NCBI RefSeq assembly: GCF_006345805.1
Contig: NC_043001.1
Span: 80,352,001-80,416,000, forward strand
DNA length: 64,000 nucleotides
Direction: 5' to 3'
Origin: Octopus sinensis
Taxonomy: Eukaryota
Position 1 is the stretch's first letter. Each line of letters begins with the position of its first letter. The translations under genes were made by a program, and so were the position numbers. Shown piece by piece: positions 27,500 through 41,329 of this stretch. Below the pieces are notes generated by a model that saw only the letters and a list, made by a program, of their open reading frames with translations, had not been told where the DNA came from and made no database searches.

Positions 27500-28400
27500 T
27501 GCTAGGTATTCGGACTATGCAAAAGCTTCTCATACAGAACCCTGGAGATGCTGTATTTCTGCAACGTGAGTTGTACACAGTATACAGGTGGACTGAGGAA
27601 AATAACATGCATATTAATGCTGGAAAAATCCAAGCCCTGTGCTACCAATACAGGAAGCTCAATGCAAAGTAGATAAGATACATTGGCCCATGAGGTGTTC
27701 CAATACCCAAATCAAAATCAGTGCGTGACCTGGGCATCGACATGAGTAATGATGCATCTTTCCAGGTGCACATTACCAAGTAATAAAATAATATGCAGAC
27801 ATCTGACCAGATGGATTCTTCGAACTTTTAAAGCAAGAGAAAGGGAAGCTGTGATGGTCCTCTGGAGGAATTTCCTTCTCAACTGTCTGGATTACTGGTC
27901 ACCAAACAGTATAAAATGAACGACGGAACTTTAGGGGATGCAGCGAAGCTACACAAGGAAGATTGATACAATGTGGCATGTCAGCTACCAGGAGAGACTG
28001 AAAGAGTTAAGACTCTACTCCTTGGAGCGAAAGCGGGAAAGATATGCAGTAATATACATCTGGAAAATCCTAGCAATACTTTTTCCAAACTTTGGTATTG
28101 TGACTTACACAAACAGCAGGACGGAAGCTACTTCATGGTACTAAAGGTCCCAACGTTGCTATCATAATACGGGACCAGTTACTGCAACAGCTTGGGTTTC
28201 TAAGTCCCACAGTCGTTTCAATATCCTCCCACAAAACCTGAGAGACTGGCTTGGATGTAAGCTTTTTCAAAACAAAACTACAAGATATCCTTCTGTTAAG
28301 AGTTTCAATTGAACCTACCTCTAGGCAAGAAATACAGATCAGGGCAGCAACGGCTAACTTCCTTATTCACCAAATGTCAAATATCAAAGAAAGTTTAGTG
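27500..28400 (+). mobile_element. CR1-like LINE, RT C-terminus to 3' end, degenerate
   Basis: VYRWTEENNM..VRDLGIDMS..WILRTFK..LDYWSP..SYQERLKELRLYSLERKRERY..IWKIL. Confidence 0.88.
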
Positions 28401-28439
28401 AAAGAGTGGCAAAGTAATTTACAAAATAATTTTCGATGC

Positions 28440-28908
28440 CATCCGCAAGAAAGACTGTCCTGAAATAAACTTACAAAATTCCTCTTTTATGGAATACATT
28501 CATAAACATCAACGCAAGGAACACTGGTGGAATATTCTCATCAAAACTTCTGTTAAATGTAAACATAACAGGCCGGATATTGTTGTTTGGGACAGAAGGG
28601 CAAAAATATGTACCATCATAGAGGTCAGTTGTCTTGCAGATATAAATATCCCTTTGAAAATCAAAGGAAAAGAGGATATCTATGGATAACTGTTTCGAAA
28701 CCTCCAGTTTCTCTATCCAGATTATGAATTCATATTCATACCAATAAGAATTGGAGCACTAGGTTTTGTTAGTAAATGCTTTAAAGAGAATCTGGATAAT
28801 CTGGAATTTCCAGAAAGAGAAATTGATCGACTGATTTGTACATTACAAGTCGAATTTGTGAGTGGAACAGTAAAAATATGCAAGACTTTTCTCAAGTTCC
28901 AGATGTGA
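28440..28908 (+). mobile_element. Second RLE-type LINE family, 3' coding end
   Basis: HNRPDIVVWD..CTIIEVSC..K..Y, then RNLQFLYPDY.FIFIPIRIGALG..SGTVKICKTFLKFQM*; in-frame stop at ~28687. Confidence 0.85.
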
Positions 28909-29339
28909 GTTTGTCTGTGTTAACGATATCCAAAAGATGGAGCACTGTATCTTTGTTGGAAACCGGCTCCCACCTCAGTGGAAGATTTATAATAATTAAA
29001 ATATAGAAGAGACACATACATACAAATACAAATAGCTGAATCTGAAGGTAATGTTTAAGACTTTTGTTGATTCTCCGAGATCGGTAAGCTCGAAGTCGTT
29101 CATGTTTCATTTAAATTGTAAAAAATACATATGCGCAAAAGTGTTTCAAGAGGCTCGACACAATAGAGAAGAACTATACATAGTGGTTAGTTCGAGGCCT
29201 AGGTTATTGGATACAAGAGGCTTGATGAAATGTGGAGAGGGTGAATTGATCGGGGTGGAGAAGAGAGGAGTCTGCATGGTGCAGGTACTACACCAGCCAG
29301 TTCTGAGGGACAGAGGCCATTAAAGTAACGATAAAGATA

Positions 29340-30037
29340 GCGAGAGGAGGTAACACACTTGTGGGCCAGAGTCTGGAACGTGGATGAAATGATTTGCTCA
29401 AAAACAACACGCATCGTTCGGTTCGGGAATCGAAACCACGGTCTTAAAACGTAAGCGCTACACCATAATCACAAGGCCACGCGCTATCATATCATAGTCG
29501 CGACCCAAGTGATATTCAGACCGACAAATATTTTATGCAAATCGAAATTCAGTGATAAACGCTAACCGAAATGGAATCGTTGATACGTTCTCCGTGATTT
29601 CATGAAGGGATTAATGATATCCTCTCTTCTATAGACACAAGGCCGGAAACTCTGGGGATGGGGCTCATCGAAAGACAGCAGTTTAAGGTAGAAGTAAAGG
29701 GTAAAGATCCCCTTCGGTCATGAATGACCATGGGATTGCACCTAAAAAGCTCCCATCCGAGGCACAAGTCCCCGCAAAGTTGTTTATGGAAGATCAGCAG
29801 TCACCCATGCATACTAGCTTCTCCTCTCCGTGCCACCATTGTTATTCAAAGAAAAGGCAAAGGTCGATCCAGCTTGGCACCAGTGACGTCGCAACTCATT
29901 TCTACAGCTGAGTCAACTGGTGCAACGTGAAATAAAGTGTCTTGCTCAAGAGCACAACACACAGCCCGGTTCGGGAATCGAACTCACAAACTCATGATTG
30001 TGAGCCCGAAGCTCGAGTCATTGAGCCATGCGCCTTC
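29340..30037 (-). mobile_element. Two family-C-headed SINEs with divergent tails (~29340-29485 head; 29700-30037)
   Basis: gcaacgtgaaataaagtgtcttgctcaag..gggaatcgaac..gccatgcgcc; the 29700 tail differs from the 5012 copy. Confidence 0.75.
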
Positions 30038-30044
30038 ATAGAGG

Positions 30045-30220
30045 TTGGAGTAAGTCGATTACATCGACCGTAGTGCTCAACTGGTACTTATTTTATCGAC
30101 TCCTACATTATGAAAAGTAAAGTCAACCTCGACGCAATTTGAACTCACAGCATAAAGACGGACGAAATGCCGCTAAGCCTTATGTCCAGCGCGTTAACAA
30201 TTCTTCCGGCTTTCTACCTT
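30045..30220 (-). mobile_element. SINE family A
   Basis: agtcgattacatcgacc..ctggtacttattttatcga..aaagtcaacctcg..aatttgaactca. Confidence 0.8.
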
Positions 30221-30685
30221 GAAGAGGTCAGTAATATAAAAAGTTTGCCGACATCTGGTCTAGTGGATCACGATTGATCTAAAGTCAAATAGCAACAACA
30301 ACAGCAGCAGCAGCAGTAATACTATATCACTGCAATCTAAGCGAGAACACGTGAGGAAAAAGTTTGAATGACGTTTGGATGTGCGAGGAACAATGAAACC
30401 AGTCATCATCTGGGAGTGCGAATATTTATTAAGACAGATGGAGAGGTCATGGATGTTGTAGGAAATGTTTTTCTTACCCTCTTTCCTTTCTCTCGTTTTC
30501 TACTTTTCTCTCTTTCTGTCTCTTTCTTTCTCTCTCTCTATCCTCCTCTCCCTCTCTTTCTCTTCAGAGACCTGGAATTTCCTTTCTCGATAGACTTATG
30601 TAGAATCTATCAGAGCTTCCGGAGCCGCAGTGAGCTGTCATTTCCCACTGATATTCATGAGAGTTGTTTACCAACGGAACCAAAA

Positions 30686-30713
30686 GATGATTGAAATAAT
30701 AATAATAATAATG

Positions 30714-30770
<57 letters not shown>

Positions 30771-30940
30771 TAATAATAATAATAATAATAATAATTCCAT
30801 TTATTTGCCATAAGTGTGAAGGATGAGGGGGCAGTACAAAGACAGCCATAAAGTATGGGGGTTTACATATAATGAAATGATAAAAAAAAGGAAAGAAAAA
30901 TAATAATAATAATAATAATATAATAATAATAATAATAATA

Positions 30941-30972
<32 letters not shown>
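30686..30972. repeat. (AAT)n arrays
   Basis: Seen directly. Confidence 0.95.
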
Positions 30973-31821
30973 TACGAAATTGCCATTTTTAGGATCAAAA
31001 ATAATGTTGTGAGATGGACAGGATTTTCATCTTCCTACGTTCTGTTAGAGATATACGATAATGAGAAACAGGTGTTGGAGAAGGAAAGAAGGATTGTACA
31101 TGTAGGTATGTCCGTGTGTATATGTGCATATGTGTAGGGGGCGTGTGTATTGGGGATGTTGATTTGATGTAGTGAGTGTTGGGGTGATAGTGATGATGAT
31201 GATGATTATCTTCATCATGATCATGACCATCATCATCTTGAAAGGAGGAGGCGGAGTAGGATGTTGCTTGAATATGGTGCACAATAATGCTATGTTGTTT
31301 AAGAAGCTATTTTTGCATAGCTCTCTCAGAGGAAGAGGGTCAATTCGCAGAACAATTTTGCTGAAATAAGGTTTGTGGCGAATGAGAGAAGATACAGAAA
31401 ACTCAGGTGTTGTTACAGTAGAGAGAAAGATCTGAAGACAGCGTGATCTCAAACTTTACACTTGATACGAACATTTGCAACTTGGTGGATATTAAAAAAA
31501 AAAAGCACAAAGACAAGGTCAAGAGCATGAAATGCAGTGGACTCTGCTAAAAGTACCTGAAAACAATCTACAAGCACTTGTAGCAAAGTGAACCCAGCTA
31601 AAAGCATCTAAAGACCAGGCACATATCTTTCCAATATAGGGAATCAGCTGGAAGAACTCAAATAATCAAACACGTGCACATACAAGATGGTGGAGTCCTC
31701 TAAATGCACTCAAGAAACAGGTGATAAAAATACTGCTTACTGGCCAAATCTTCGTATCTTGGTTGTTCTTAACGTACAAAGCCTTTATAGTACAGTTGTA
31801 TCAGAGGCGTCTCACTATATA

Positions 31822-32010
31822 TGCGCAGGTGTGGCTATGTAGTAAGAAGCTTTCATCAAAACCACATGCTTCCGGGTTCAGTCCCGCTGCGTGACACCTT
31901 GGACAAGTATCTTTTACCGTAGTCTCAGGCCAACCAAAACTTTGTGGGTGAATTTGGTAGACGGAATCTCAAAGAAGCTGCCTTATATATATACACACAT
32001 ATACATAGAT

Positions 32011-32105
<95 letters not shown>

Positions 32106-32690
32106 TGTATGTATGTATGTATGTATGTATGTATGTGTATATATGTTCATGTGTTTGTTTATGTGTTTGTCCCCTCATCACTGCTTGACAACCGGCGTTA
32201 ATGTGTTTACGTCCTCATAATCTAGTGGTTGACAAAAGATACCAATAGAATAAGTACTGGAGCACTCCGTCGGTTACGACGACGAGAGTCCCAGCTGATA
32301 CGATCAACGGAACAGCTTGCTCGTGAAATTAACGTGCAAGTGACTGAGCAATTCACAGACACGTGTACCCCTAACGTAGTCCTCATGGAGATTCAGTGTG
32401 ATACAGGGTGTGACAGGACTGGCACTTTGAAATACAGGTACAACTCATTTTTGCCAGCTGAGTGAACTGGAGCAACGTGAAATAAAGTATCTTGCTCAAG
32501 GACACAACGCGTCGCCGGGAATGGAACTCAAGACCTTACAATCGTGAGCCGAATGCCCTAACCACTAAGCCACGCACCTAAGTACCAGGTTTTTTAAAAT
32601 ATATATACTGGGGCCGATTTATTCGACTAAAATTTTTCATGGTGATCCCCAGCATGGCCGCAGTCTAATGACTGAAACAAATATAAGGTA
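31822..32690 (+). mobile_element. SINE family B interrupted by a nested family C SINE
   Basis: B head at 31822; B 3' end (ccagcatggccgcagtctaatgactgaaac) at ~32650-32680. Confidence 0.85.
32259..32578 (-). mobile_element. SINE family C nested in B, with TSD
   Basis: Full copy; TAAGTAC duplicated at 32251-32257 and 32579-32585. Confidence 0.92.
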
Positions 32691-33874
32691 AAAAATATGA
32701 AAGATATAGGTAAAGGGCGATTGCTTAAGTTGTTTGTTTCCTTTTGACATGATTTTTGGATTTAACTACAGTTAATTGAAGTTCTCTAATCAAAATCAAC
32801 ACTAATTATTGGGTGTGAACTGACAAAAAAGACGATTCTACAGAACCAGGTTCGGTAACTGTTAGAGCTAACTAGAGAAAAATACAATGGCGTCCAAATG
32901 CAGTTGATTCGCTATCTTAGCGGACAGTTCGTTGTCATTGTAGCTGTTATTTTTGCTGTCGTCATTGTTGATGGTGAGGAGGATAGTGGTGGTGCTGTTA
33001 GTGGTGGTGGTGGTAGGATTGTAGTGGTAGGGAGTAGTAGCTATGGTTGTGGTGGTGGTGGTGGGTGGTGATGATCATGATGCTGCTGCTGATGATGATA
33101 ATGATGATGACGATGATGATGACGATGATGATGGCGATGATGATGGCGATGATGATGATGATCATCATCATCATCATCATCGTGATGGTGATGATGGTGA
33201 TGTTGATGTCGACGACGACGTTGCATTTTGTTGTTTCGACCCAGGTGAATCTTGATTGAAGAAAACTATAACGAATAATCAAAACACATCCCAACCGTAA
33301 ACACATCATCTGTTTTGGGTTTTCATTTTTTCGTCCCGGAATAGCATATCTAGGATTATATTATCTAATGTATCCTATTCCCTGCCTCACTTTGTCAAGA
33401 CTGATTTTTAGGGTATTATACGAGGAAAAATTTTTTATCATTTGTAGTAGGTTTAGCGCAACCATTACAGATTGGCTATTTGGCCAAACTTAAAACTCGT
33501 GGTATTCAACAGTGCCTCAGTTACTAATAGTTTAGCCACTATTGTTTGCAGGTCAACTCTAACCCGAATTGTAGCCTCTGTCAGAGTTTCTATTTATGGG
33601 ATAATCAACAAATTAGGGATTTCCTACCCATGTTTGTGAAGACTAGACCCGGCAGACTCTACGAAAGAAACGGAATGCGGGAGACTCTACGAAAGAAACG
33701 GAGCAAGATGATGGAGGCAAGAAAATCATATTGGTCATCTCCTGTATCTGTCCATATTCAGTCATCTTGACCGGGTCTTGCCATTGATGTGAAGATGGTA
33801 ACTAACAAGAAAGTAAAGTTGATAGTGCGCAACTCAACTTTATACGGAGTTACTACGCATGTCATCAATCTTCC

Positions 33875-34092
33875 TTAATCCATTAGCATTTAATCCAATC
33901 ATGTCTGGTCCAAATATTCGATCTGTTTCCTACTTTAGTTTTAACTGACCAGATCCAACCTCTCACTTGTACCCCACAATGTCATCCTAAAAATAAACTC
34001 TTGAAGCTGCAAGATAATGCATGATTAATTCAAAATGATGTAAATAAATAAGCAATACATTTGACAAAGAAATCTGAATGCTAAATGGTCAA
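33875..34092. mobile_element. piggyBac-like MITE, copy 2
   Basis: TTAA 33875-78 + tccattagcatt ... aatgctaaatgg + TCAA 34089-92; homologous to 759-1030. Confidence 0.6.
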
Positions 34093-34372
34093 GGATGGCT
34101 AAATGACCATCGTCGTTCCGACGGATGATAATACAGTTGCCAATGTATTAAGCAGGTACGAGAAGCAGATGTATTATAACGCGGCCAGAGTTCAGCAAAA
34201 AATGTATTCCAGGTTAGAAATACGTTACACATTATTCCTAAAAAGATCGCTACGTGTTTTTGTACCTCCTACGTTCCCATTGCCTAACGTTTTAACCTAA
34301 CCAAGTTACGTTTTTTCCTTATTCTTTTCCATTTTTTTTTATCTTTGCTATCTCTCTTGAACTTCCCTCTAT

Positions 34373-34405
34373 TATCCGATGAAGGAACATATCCGAAACG
34401 TTATA
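34373..34405 (+). ncRNA. Minimal type-I hammerhead-like motif (CCGAUGA core)
   Basis: tat-CCGATGA-A-GGA acata TCC-GAAA-CG-TT-ata: stem I 3 bp, stem II 3 bp. Confidence 0.55.
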
Positions 34406-34995
34406 TTTTTTACTGAATAAATTTTACATGGGACTTTGTTGTTGTTGCTTTTTTGTTATTTGTATTTGATTTGGTTATACAAAACTCAATAGAGTAACAC
34501 TGCAAGTTTGTATCTAGGTTTAATAATAAACTTTACAACAACGAGAAAATATCTTGGCATTTACGATTATAAAATCACTATTGATTCAACTTGCTGCGAT
34601 TCTCAAAACTTCTATGTTTTAAACAAAGTGCTGTTATCTCTTTAATGCTTCTAAGAAAGAAAGTTCTCTACAAATCAAAATAAATAGATAGCTTTGAAAT
34701 ACTTGTAAGATAAGCAGTAGTTTCAATGTAGCTAGAAGTTCCTACTTAAGTTTCTCACGACAAAATGTTAGTAGGAAACTGACGAAAAAGAAAAACGATT
34801 GTGAAATTGCTTTTGGTTGTTTGGGCTTTTTTTCTATTTTTCTTTTATTCTTTGGATTCTTATGCTGAAGACCAGACAACACGGTACAAGATTAATTCCG
34901 CTGCGAAAATATGTGTGTATACATACATACATACATACATACATACATACATACTACATACATACATACATACATACATACACATACACACATGC

Positions 34996-35134
<139 letters not shown>

Positions 35135-35369
35135 ATATTATTTTATATATTTTTATTTATATATCTAAATATATATATTTATACATCTATCTATTAATAC
35201 AATATCATTTTGGATGTTATTTTCTGTGATGATTTTTTGATGTAATTTGCCTGCTCTAATTATAATATATATATAATCGCTCTTATTAAATATCTAAATA
35301 CTTTTAATGTTTTAGATATTTCCCTACCAAGAGCAATTATTAGAAATTCAGTATATTGTATTCTCATTG

Positions 35370-35442
<73 letters not shown>

Positions 35443-35680
35443 GTATATATGTGTGAATGTGTGTGTGAGCTTGTATGGACAAATGTACATACGTACATAC
35501 ATATGCATATATATATATATATATATACATATATATGTATATATATGTTATATATATATATGTATAATATATGTATATATATGTATATATATATGTTTAT
35601 ATATGTGTATATATATATGTATATATATAGTATATATACACACACACATAGATAGATGTACATACATATATACGTATATT

Positions 35681-35734
<54 letters not shown>

Positions 35735-35821
35735 ATACATATACATATATATATTTATGTATATATACACACCCACCCACACTTAGATAGATGTACATAC
35801 ATATATACATACATACATATA

Positions 35822-36046
35822 TACCGGAGTAAACACATAAATGTGAAACAAGGTGGAAAAAAAGAGTACTCAAATACCAAGGGTAGAGTAATATGCTTTA
35901 TTTAAAAGCAGCAGAAATTCAACAAAACCTGTTACTCGGAGTTTCACGTTCCCGTTCGTCGGATAGTTTTGTAAAAATTGAACCGATATGACGAACGGGA
36001 ACGTGAAACTCCGAGTAGCAGGTTTGTTTGAAATTCTGCTGCTTTT
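35822..36046 (-). mobile_element. Short Penelope-type tail element with head-to-head inverted duplication
   Basis: Minus strand: hammerhead, aataaa, tail ending actccggta next to (TA)n; arms 35904-35960 and 35990-36046 (57 bp, 4 mismatches); same tail at 62700-62760. Confidence 0.75.
35929..35966 (-). ncRNA. Type-I hammerhead-like motif (CCGACGA core)
   Basis: ctat-CCGACGA-ACG ggaa CGT-GAAA-CTCCGAG-TA-acag: stem II perfect, stem I 3 of 4. Confidence 0.6.
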
Positions 36047-36064
36047 ACATACATATATTATATA

Positions 36065-36124
<60 letters not shown>

Positions 36125-36565
36125 ATATACATATATATATATATATTGGGAAGTGTACATGATGGTATGTTGGTAATAATACTAAGACTAGTCAGAAGTC
36201 ATGGAATTATCCCTTAGTTTATTTATATATAAATTTTCCAAGGAAGTGTTATAAAATAGAACGAAAGAAAATATTATGAAATATAAATAAAATGAAGCAA
36301 AATATTTAAGAACTGTTTTGAGCAGGGCTTGTGAGCATTTGTCCGTTTATTCTAGAAGCACTAGCACTCTCAAGAGCAAGACGAAAAGTTCTTTAATGTA
36401 AGAACGTAAATATTTTACTTTGTTTTACTTTTTTTTATTTTGTTCTTCAGTTTCGTTTTATTCTTTCCTACATGTGCGCGTGCTTTTGTGCGTATATGTG
36501 CGCGAATATACACATGTCCATTAAATGTGAGTGTGCGTATGTGTGTGCGTGCATGTGTGTATGCG

Positions 36566-36642
<77 letters not shown>

Positions 36643-36769
36643 GCATGTACGTATGTATGCATGCATGTATGTATATATGTATGTATATATGTGTCAATGG
36701 AAGAGGAAAACAAAACCAAGGCAGGGCGAGCATCTCAGGTCATTTAGAATATTTAATTAAAGGTGGATC

Positions 36770-36805
36770 AAAAAGAAGTAGAAGTAATTACTTCTACTTC
36801 TTTTT
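36770..36805. repeat. Perfect 36-bp palindrome
   Basis: aaaaagaagtagaagtaa|ttacttctacttcttttt, no spacer. Confidence 0.95.
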
Positions 36806-37862
36806 TGATTGACCTTACTCTAATTAGATATTCTAAATAACCTAAGATACTCGTCCTGCTTTGGTTTTGTTTTCTTTTAATATATACCTGCTGACCCGGA
36901 AGCCTACTACGGATCCCTAGCTCCATCCTCAGCTGTGAGCTTGGAACGTAACGGATGACCAATTATAGCATTTAAGCAGTGTAACAGTGAACTAAACTCC
37001 TCATATTGTATGACTATATGTATATGTATGTATGCACAGAGGCCATCCTGACTCCCGTTTGCGCCGTGAACAGGAATTAATCTTCTCTCTTCGCTCTTTT
37101 ATGCCATTTGGGCTCAACTCTCCTCCTCTCTTCATCTAACCTTTTCCCCTTGCCTCTCACCCTCTCCCTCCTACTTCCTCCCACTCATCTCTCCTCTCTT
37201 GCTCGGACTCCTACTTCTCTTCACCCCTACTCTCTTTCTCTCTTACTCTCTATCTCTCTCTTCTCACACACCCACCTTTCCCTTCCCCCTTCATCGTCAA
37301 CCCTCCTCCATAAGCCCACCCCATCCCTACACATTCCTACTCCACCTTCCCTATCCTTCCCATCCTCCCATCCCATCCCTTACACCCTCTCCCACATACC
37401 CCACCTCCACCCCCACTTGCCTACCCACAAACCCTACCTCTATACCCACCATGTACCTACCCACATACCCCAACTCTACCCCAACCCTTAGCCTAACCCA
37501 CACCACACTCGTGCTTTCCCCATTCTCGCCTCCCCACCTCCCAGCAACATCACACCACACTACACCATACCACACTACACATCACATCACAACACACCAC
37601 CCACGCACCAGCACTGACAAATTCCCATCCCCACATTTTCACACCTACACATACACACACGCAACATCAAGACCAACAGCCCTCTTTCACACGCACATAC
37701 ATACTCTCTTATACCCACACGCACCTTCGTTTTGGGAGCCATCTTTACTTTGTTACCTCCCCTACTTCTTCGCTCTCTTGTGTGACCCTTCTGTCAAGCG
37801 GTCGCCATGATAGATCGGTAGCCACTACACACATTTTTTCTCCCCTTGCTTTTTCTGTGTCC

Positions 37863-37897
37863 CTTTCTGTAAAAGGGCGTAGGCTCGAAACGTAAAA

Positions 37898-37898
<1 letters not shown>
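37863..37898 (+). ncRNA. Decayed minimal hammerhead motif
   Basis: cttt-CTGTAAA-A-GGGC gtag GCTC-GAAA-CG-TA-aaag: stems I and II intact, core mutated. Confidence 0.55.
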
Positions 37899-38541
<643 letters not shown>

Positions 38542-39052
38542 GTCCCACTGCGTGGCACCTTGGGCAAGTGTCTTCTACTATACCCTCGGGCCGACAAAAG
38601 CCTTGTGAGTGGATTTGGTAGACGGAAACTGAATTAAGCCCGTCGTATATATGTATATATATATATATATATGTTGTGTGTTATATGTTTGTGTGTCTGT
38701 ATTTGTCCCATCCAGCATCGCTTGACAACCGATGCCGGTGTGTTTATGTCCCCGTCACTTAGCGGTTCGGCAAAAGAGACCGATAGAATAAGTACTGGGC
38801 TTACATAGAATAAGTCCCGGGGTCGAGTTGCTCGATTAAAGGCAGTGCTCCAGCATAGCCGCAGTCAAATGACTGAAACAAGTAAAAGAGTAAAGAGTAA
38901 AAGGGTAAACATATATATATATATATATAATACATATATATATATGTATATATATATATTATATATATATAATATATATATATAATTTTATATATATATA
39001 TACATATATACATATATATATATTTTCATTCATTCAGTCAGGAGGCCAATGC

Positions 39053-39244
39053 TCACCCTGAACGAGGGTGGTCTTCCAGCGAAAAGTGACTATTCCTAAA
39101 AGACGAATACCACTCGTACGCTTGTATTTTGTTCATGGCAGCATCCTTGTAAGCTGTGTGAAGCATGTCAACTGTTTCGGCTGCCATTTTCCCCAGCAAA
39201 TAACAGATTTTCACGGAAGCACGCTGTTCCTTCGTTTCAGCCAT
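39053..39244 (-). pseudogene. mariner transposase N-terminal HTH fragment
   Basis: MAETKEQRASVKICYLLGKMAAETVDMLHTAY..AYEWY..F..LEDHPRSG. Confidence 0.85.
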
Positions 39245-39299
39245 GATAAAAAACGACGAACAGGAGAGAAGCACTCCAAAACAAAGACGCACCACATAG

Positions 39300-40043
39300 C
39301 AGTAGGACTTTGCGGTCCACCATTGCTGATGGCTGGAATTCTGGCGTTTTTGAGCCCACTGCAGACGTGCCCGTCGATGATGATCTGTAAGGATGGGGTC
39401 CCTAGCCGGAGGTCGACAAGCCAGATTGAGAGATCACAGCCGGCGGCGAACTGTCTCTACACAAATGGGACTGTAGTGAGTCCCTATGGTCTGCTTAGCT
39501 GATTGCATTGCCCTCCGGGAACGGTCCTGCAAGGGCTGTCGGTGCAGGTGGCAGTCTTGACGTGCTGTTGTAACCCTCAGTCTGTCACTGCTTGGACGAT
39601 TATCCGTACTATTTGTGGCATTGTATTGTTCCCTCAGCCGATCAATTGTCCGAACACTGCAGTTCAAGTCATTAGCAATGATCCACGAACGTTGACGAGC
39701 ATGGAGACTTCCGATTGCTTGCCTCCTCTAATTCCCTGTCAGTCTTGGCATGCTCGCTGCGTTCGGGAAACGAAAGATAGGCTGGTAAATTTGGGTGCCC
39801 CTTATACTCAATGAGTCGATGTTTTGCAAGTGCATCATGCTTTTCATAAATATGCGTTCGTTAGCATTACCATGCTCACAAAAACGTAAGCGAGTTCGAA
39901 CCCTACATGCAATCCTTGTGCTTTCAAAATGACATCTTCCTAATGTCAAATTACCTAGAAATGTGATAAAATCCATATAATCTCAATATCGTGTGTGAAA
40001 CAAATAATATTTTACAGTGCGACGTTTCTTTTGTAGTTCAGAT
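39300..40043 (-). mobile_element. Tc1-like transposon, left end plus transposase N-terminus
   Basis: ATG at 39751: MPRLTGN*RRQAIG..NCSVRTIDRLREQY..TDNRPSS..RVTTARQD..ETVRRRL..ILTDHHRRARLQWA; outer end abuts (TA)n. Confidence 0.85.
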
Positions 40044-40059
40044 ATATATATATATATAT

Positions 40060-40090
<31 letters not shown>

Positions 40091-40312
40091 ATATATATAA
40101 TGTGTTACTTGTTTCTATCATTGCCTGTTCATATATTTTTAAGTCCGGTATTTATTCCAACATTCTCATTTACTGAAGCACAAATTTACGCGACGTAAAC
40201 AAAGTAAAAAACAAACCATACACTCACGTACACACTCACATGCTCATATATATATGTATGTGAGTATGTGTGTGTATATGTGTCTATGTGCCTGTGTGTG
40301 TATAAACATATG

Positions 40313-40362
<50 letters not shown>

Positions 40363-40944
40363 GTGTGTGTGTATAAACATATGTATATATATATATATAT
40401 ATATACTTAAATATACATATCTATACACGTGTATGTTTATATATACATACACACACAAATGTATCTATATATGTGTGTATTGTACATTAACCTGAATTTT
40501 TAATGCTACTTAAAGGTACTTGCGTGGTGGAGTTAGGTAGGAAAATGTTGGATCATACAAAACCATCGATATAAGTAAAACAAAATACTAACCAGACACT
40601 GCTGTCACTTTTCAAACATCAGTACCTACCCAAATCAGACGAGATAATGGTCTAAACGTAATTAAATATATTGAATTAGTGTTTAAGTACTATAAAATAT
40701 ACTCACTGAATATAAGCGCTCAATTAATATCATATCGTTAAACTTCAGTATATTGTTACAATGTAATAATGATAAGAGGAATGAATTTGCATATATTTGT
40801 AAAATTGGCTAAAATGAATGTCCTATTTTAAACATACAAATAACCGTCTATATACTGAATAAAAAAAATAAATACCCGTTTATTGAAACTTGTGTTGTCT
40901 GAACCCTTCTAAGCTAATTCATAAATTTAATTTATATCTAAGGG

Positions 40945-41190
40945 TAGTTATTGTTTTGTGGCTAAGAACCTCACTTTGCGACTAAAAGGTTTCGGGTTCG
41001 GTCTCACTGTGCGGTACGTCGTGTCTTCTACTGTCGCCCCGGGCCGACCAGTGCTTTGTCAGTAAATTTGACAGATGGAAACTGTGTGGGAGTTTATCGT
41101 ATATACATACATGTATATATAATGGGGGCGATTTTTTCCTCAAGACAATGCCCCAGCATGGCCGCAATCTGATGAGTGAGATATGTAAAA
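40945..41190 (+). mobile_element. SINE family B, degenerate and deleted
   Basis: gtggctaagaac..gggttcggtctc..gtcttctac..gggccgacc..gatggaaactg..ccccagcatggccgca. Confidence 0.65.
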
Positions 41191-41329
41191 TAGAAAGCAC
41201 TGATTAATTTTTTTATATAAGATTATAAATACATGCCACTTCAGTTTATAAACATTGATCTTTAATTTTGTCGCAGGTCGAAAACGTTTGGATATAGAAG
41301 CCAATAGAAGATGAATTTGGTGAAGGTTT

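Noticed and set aside
31330-31780. Non-repetitive stretch, possibly exon or LINE debris
   Set aside because: Stops in all frames examined and no recognisable motif or paired splice sites.
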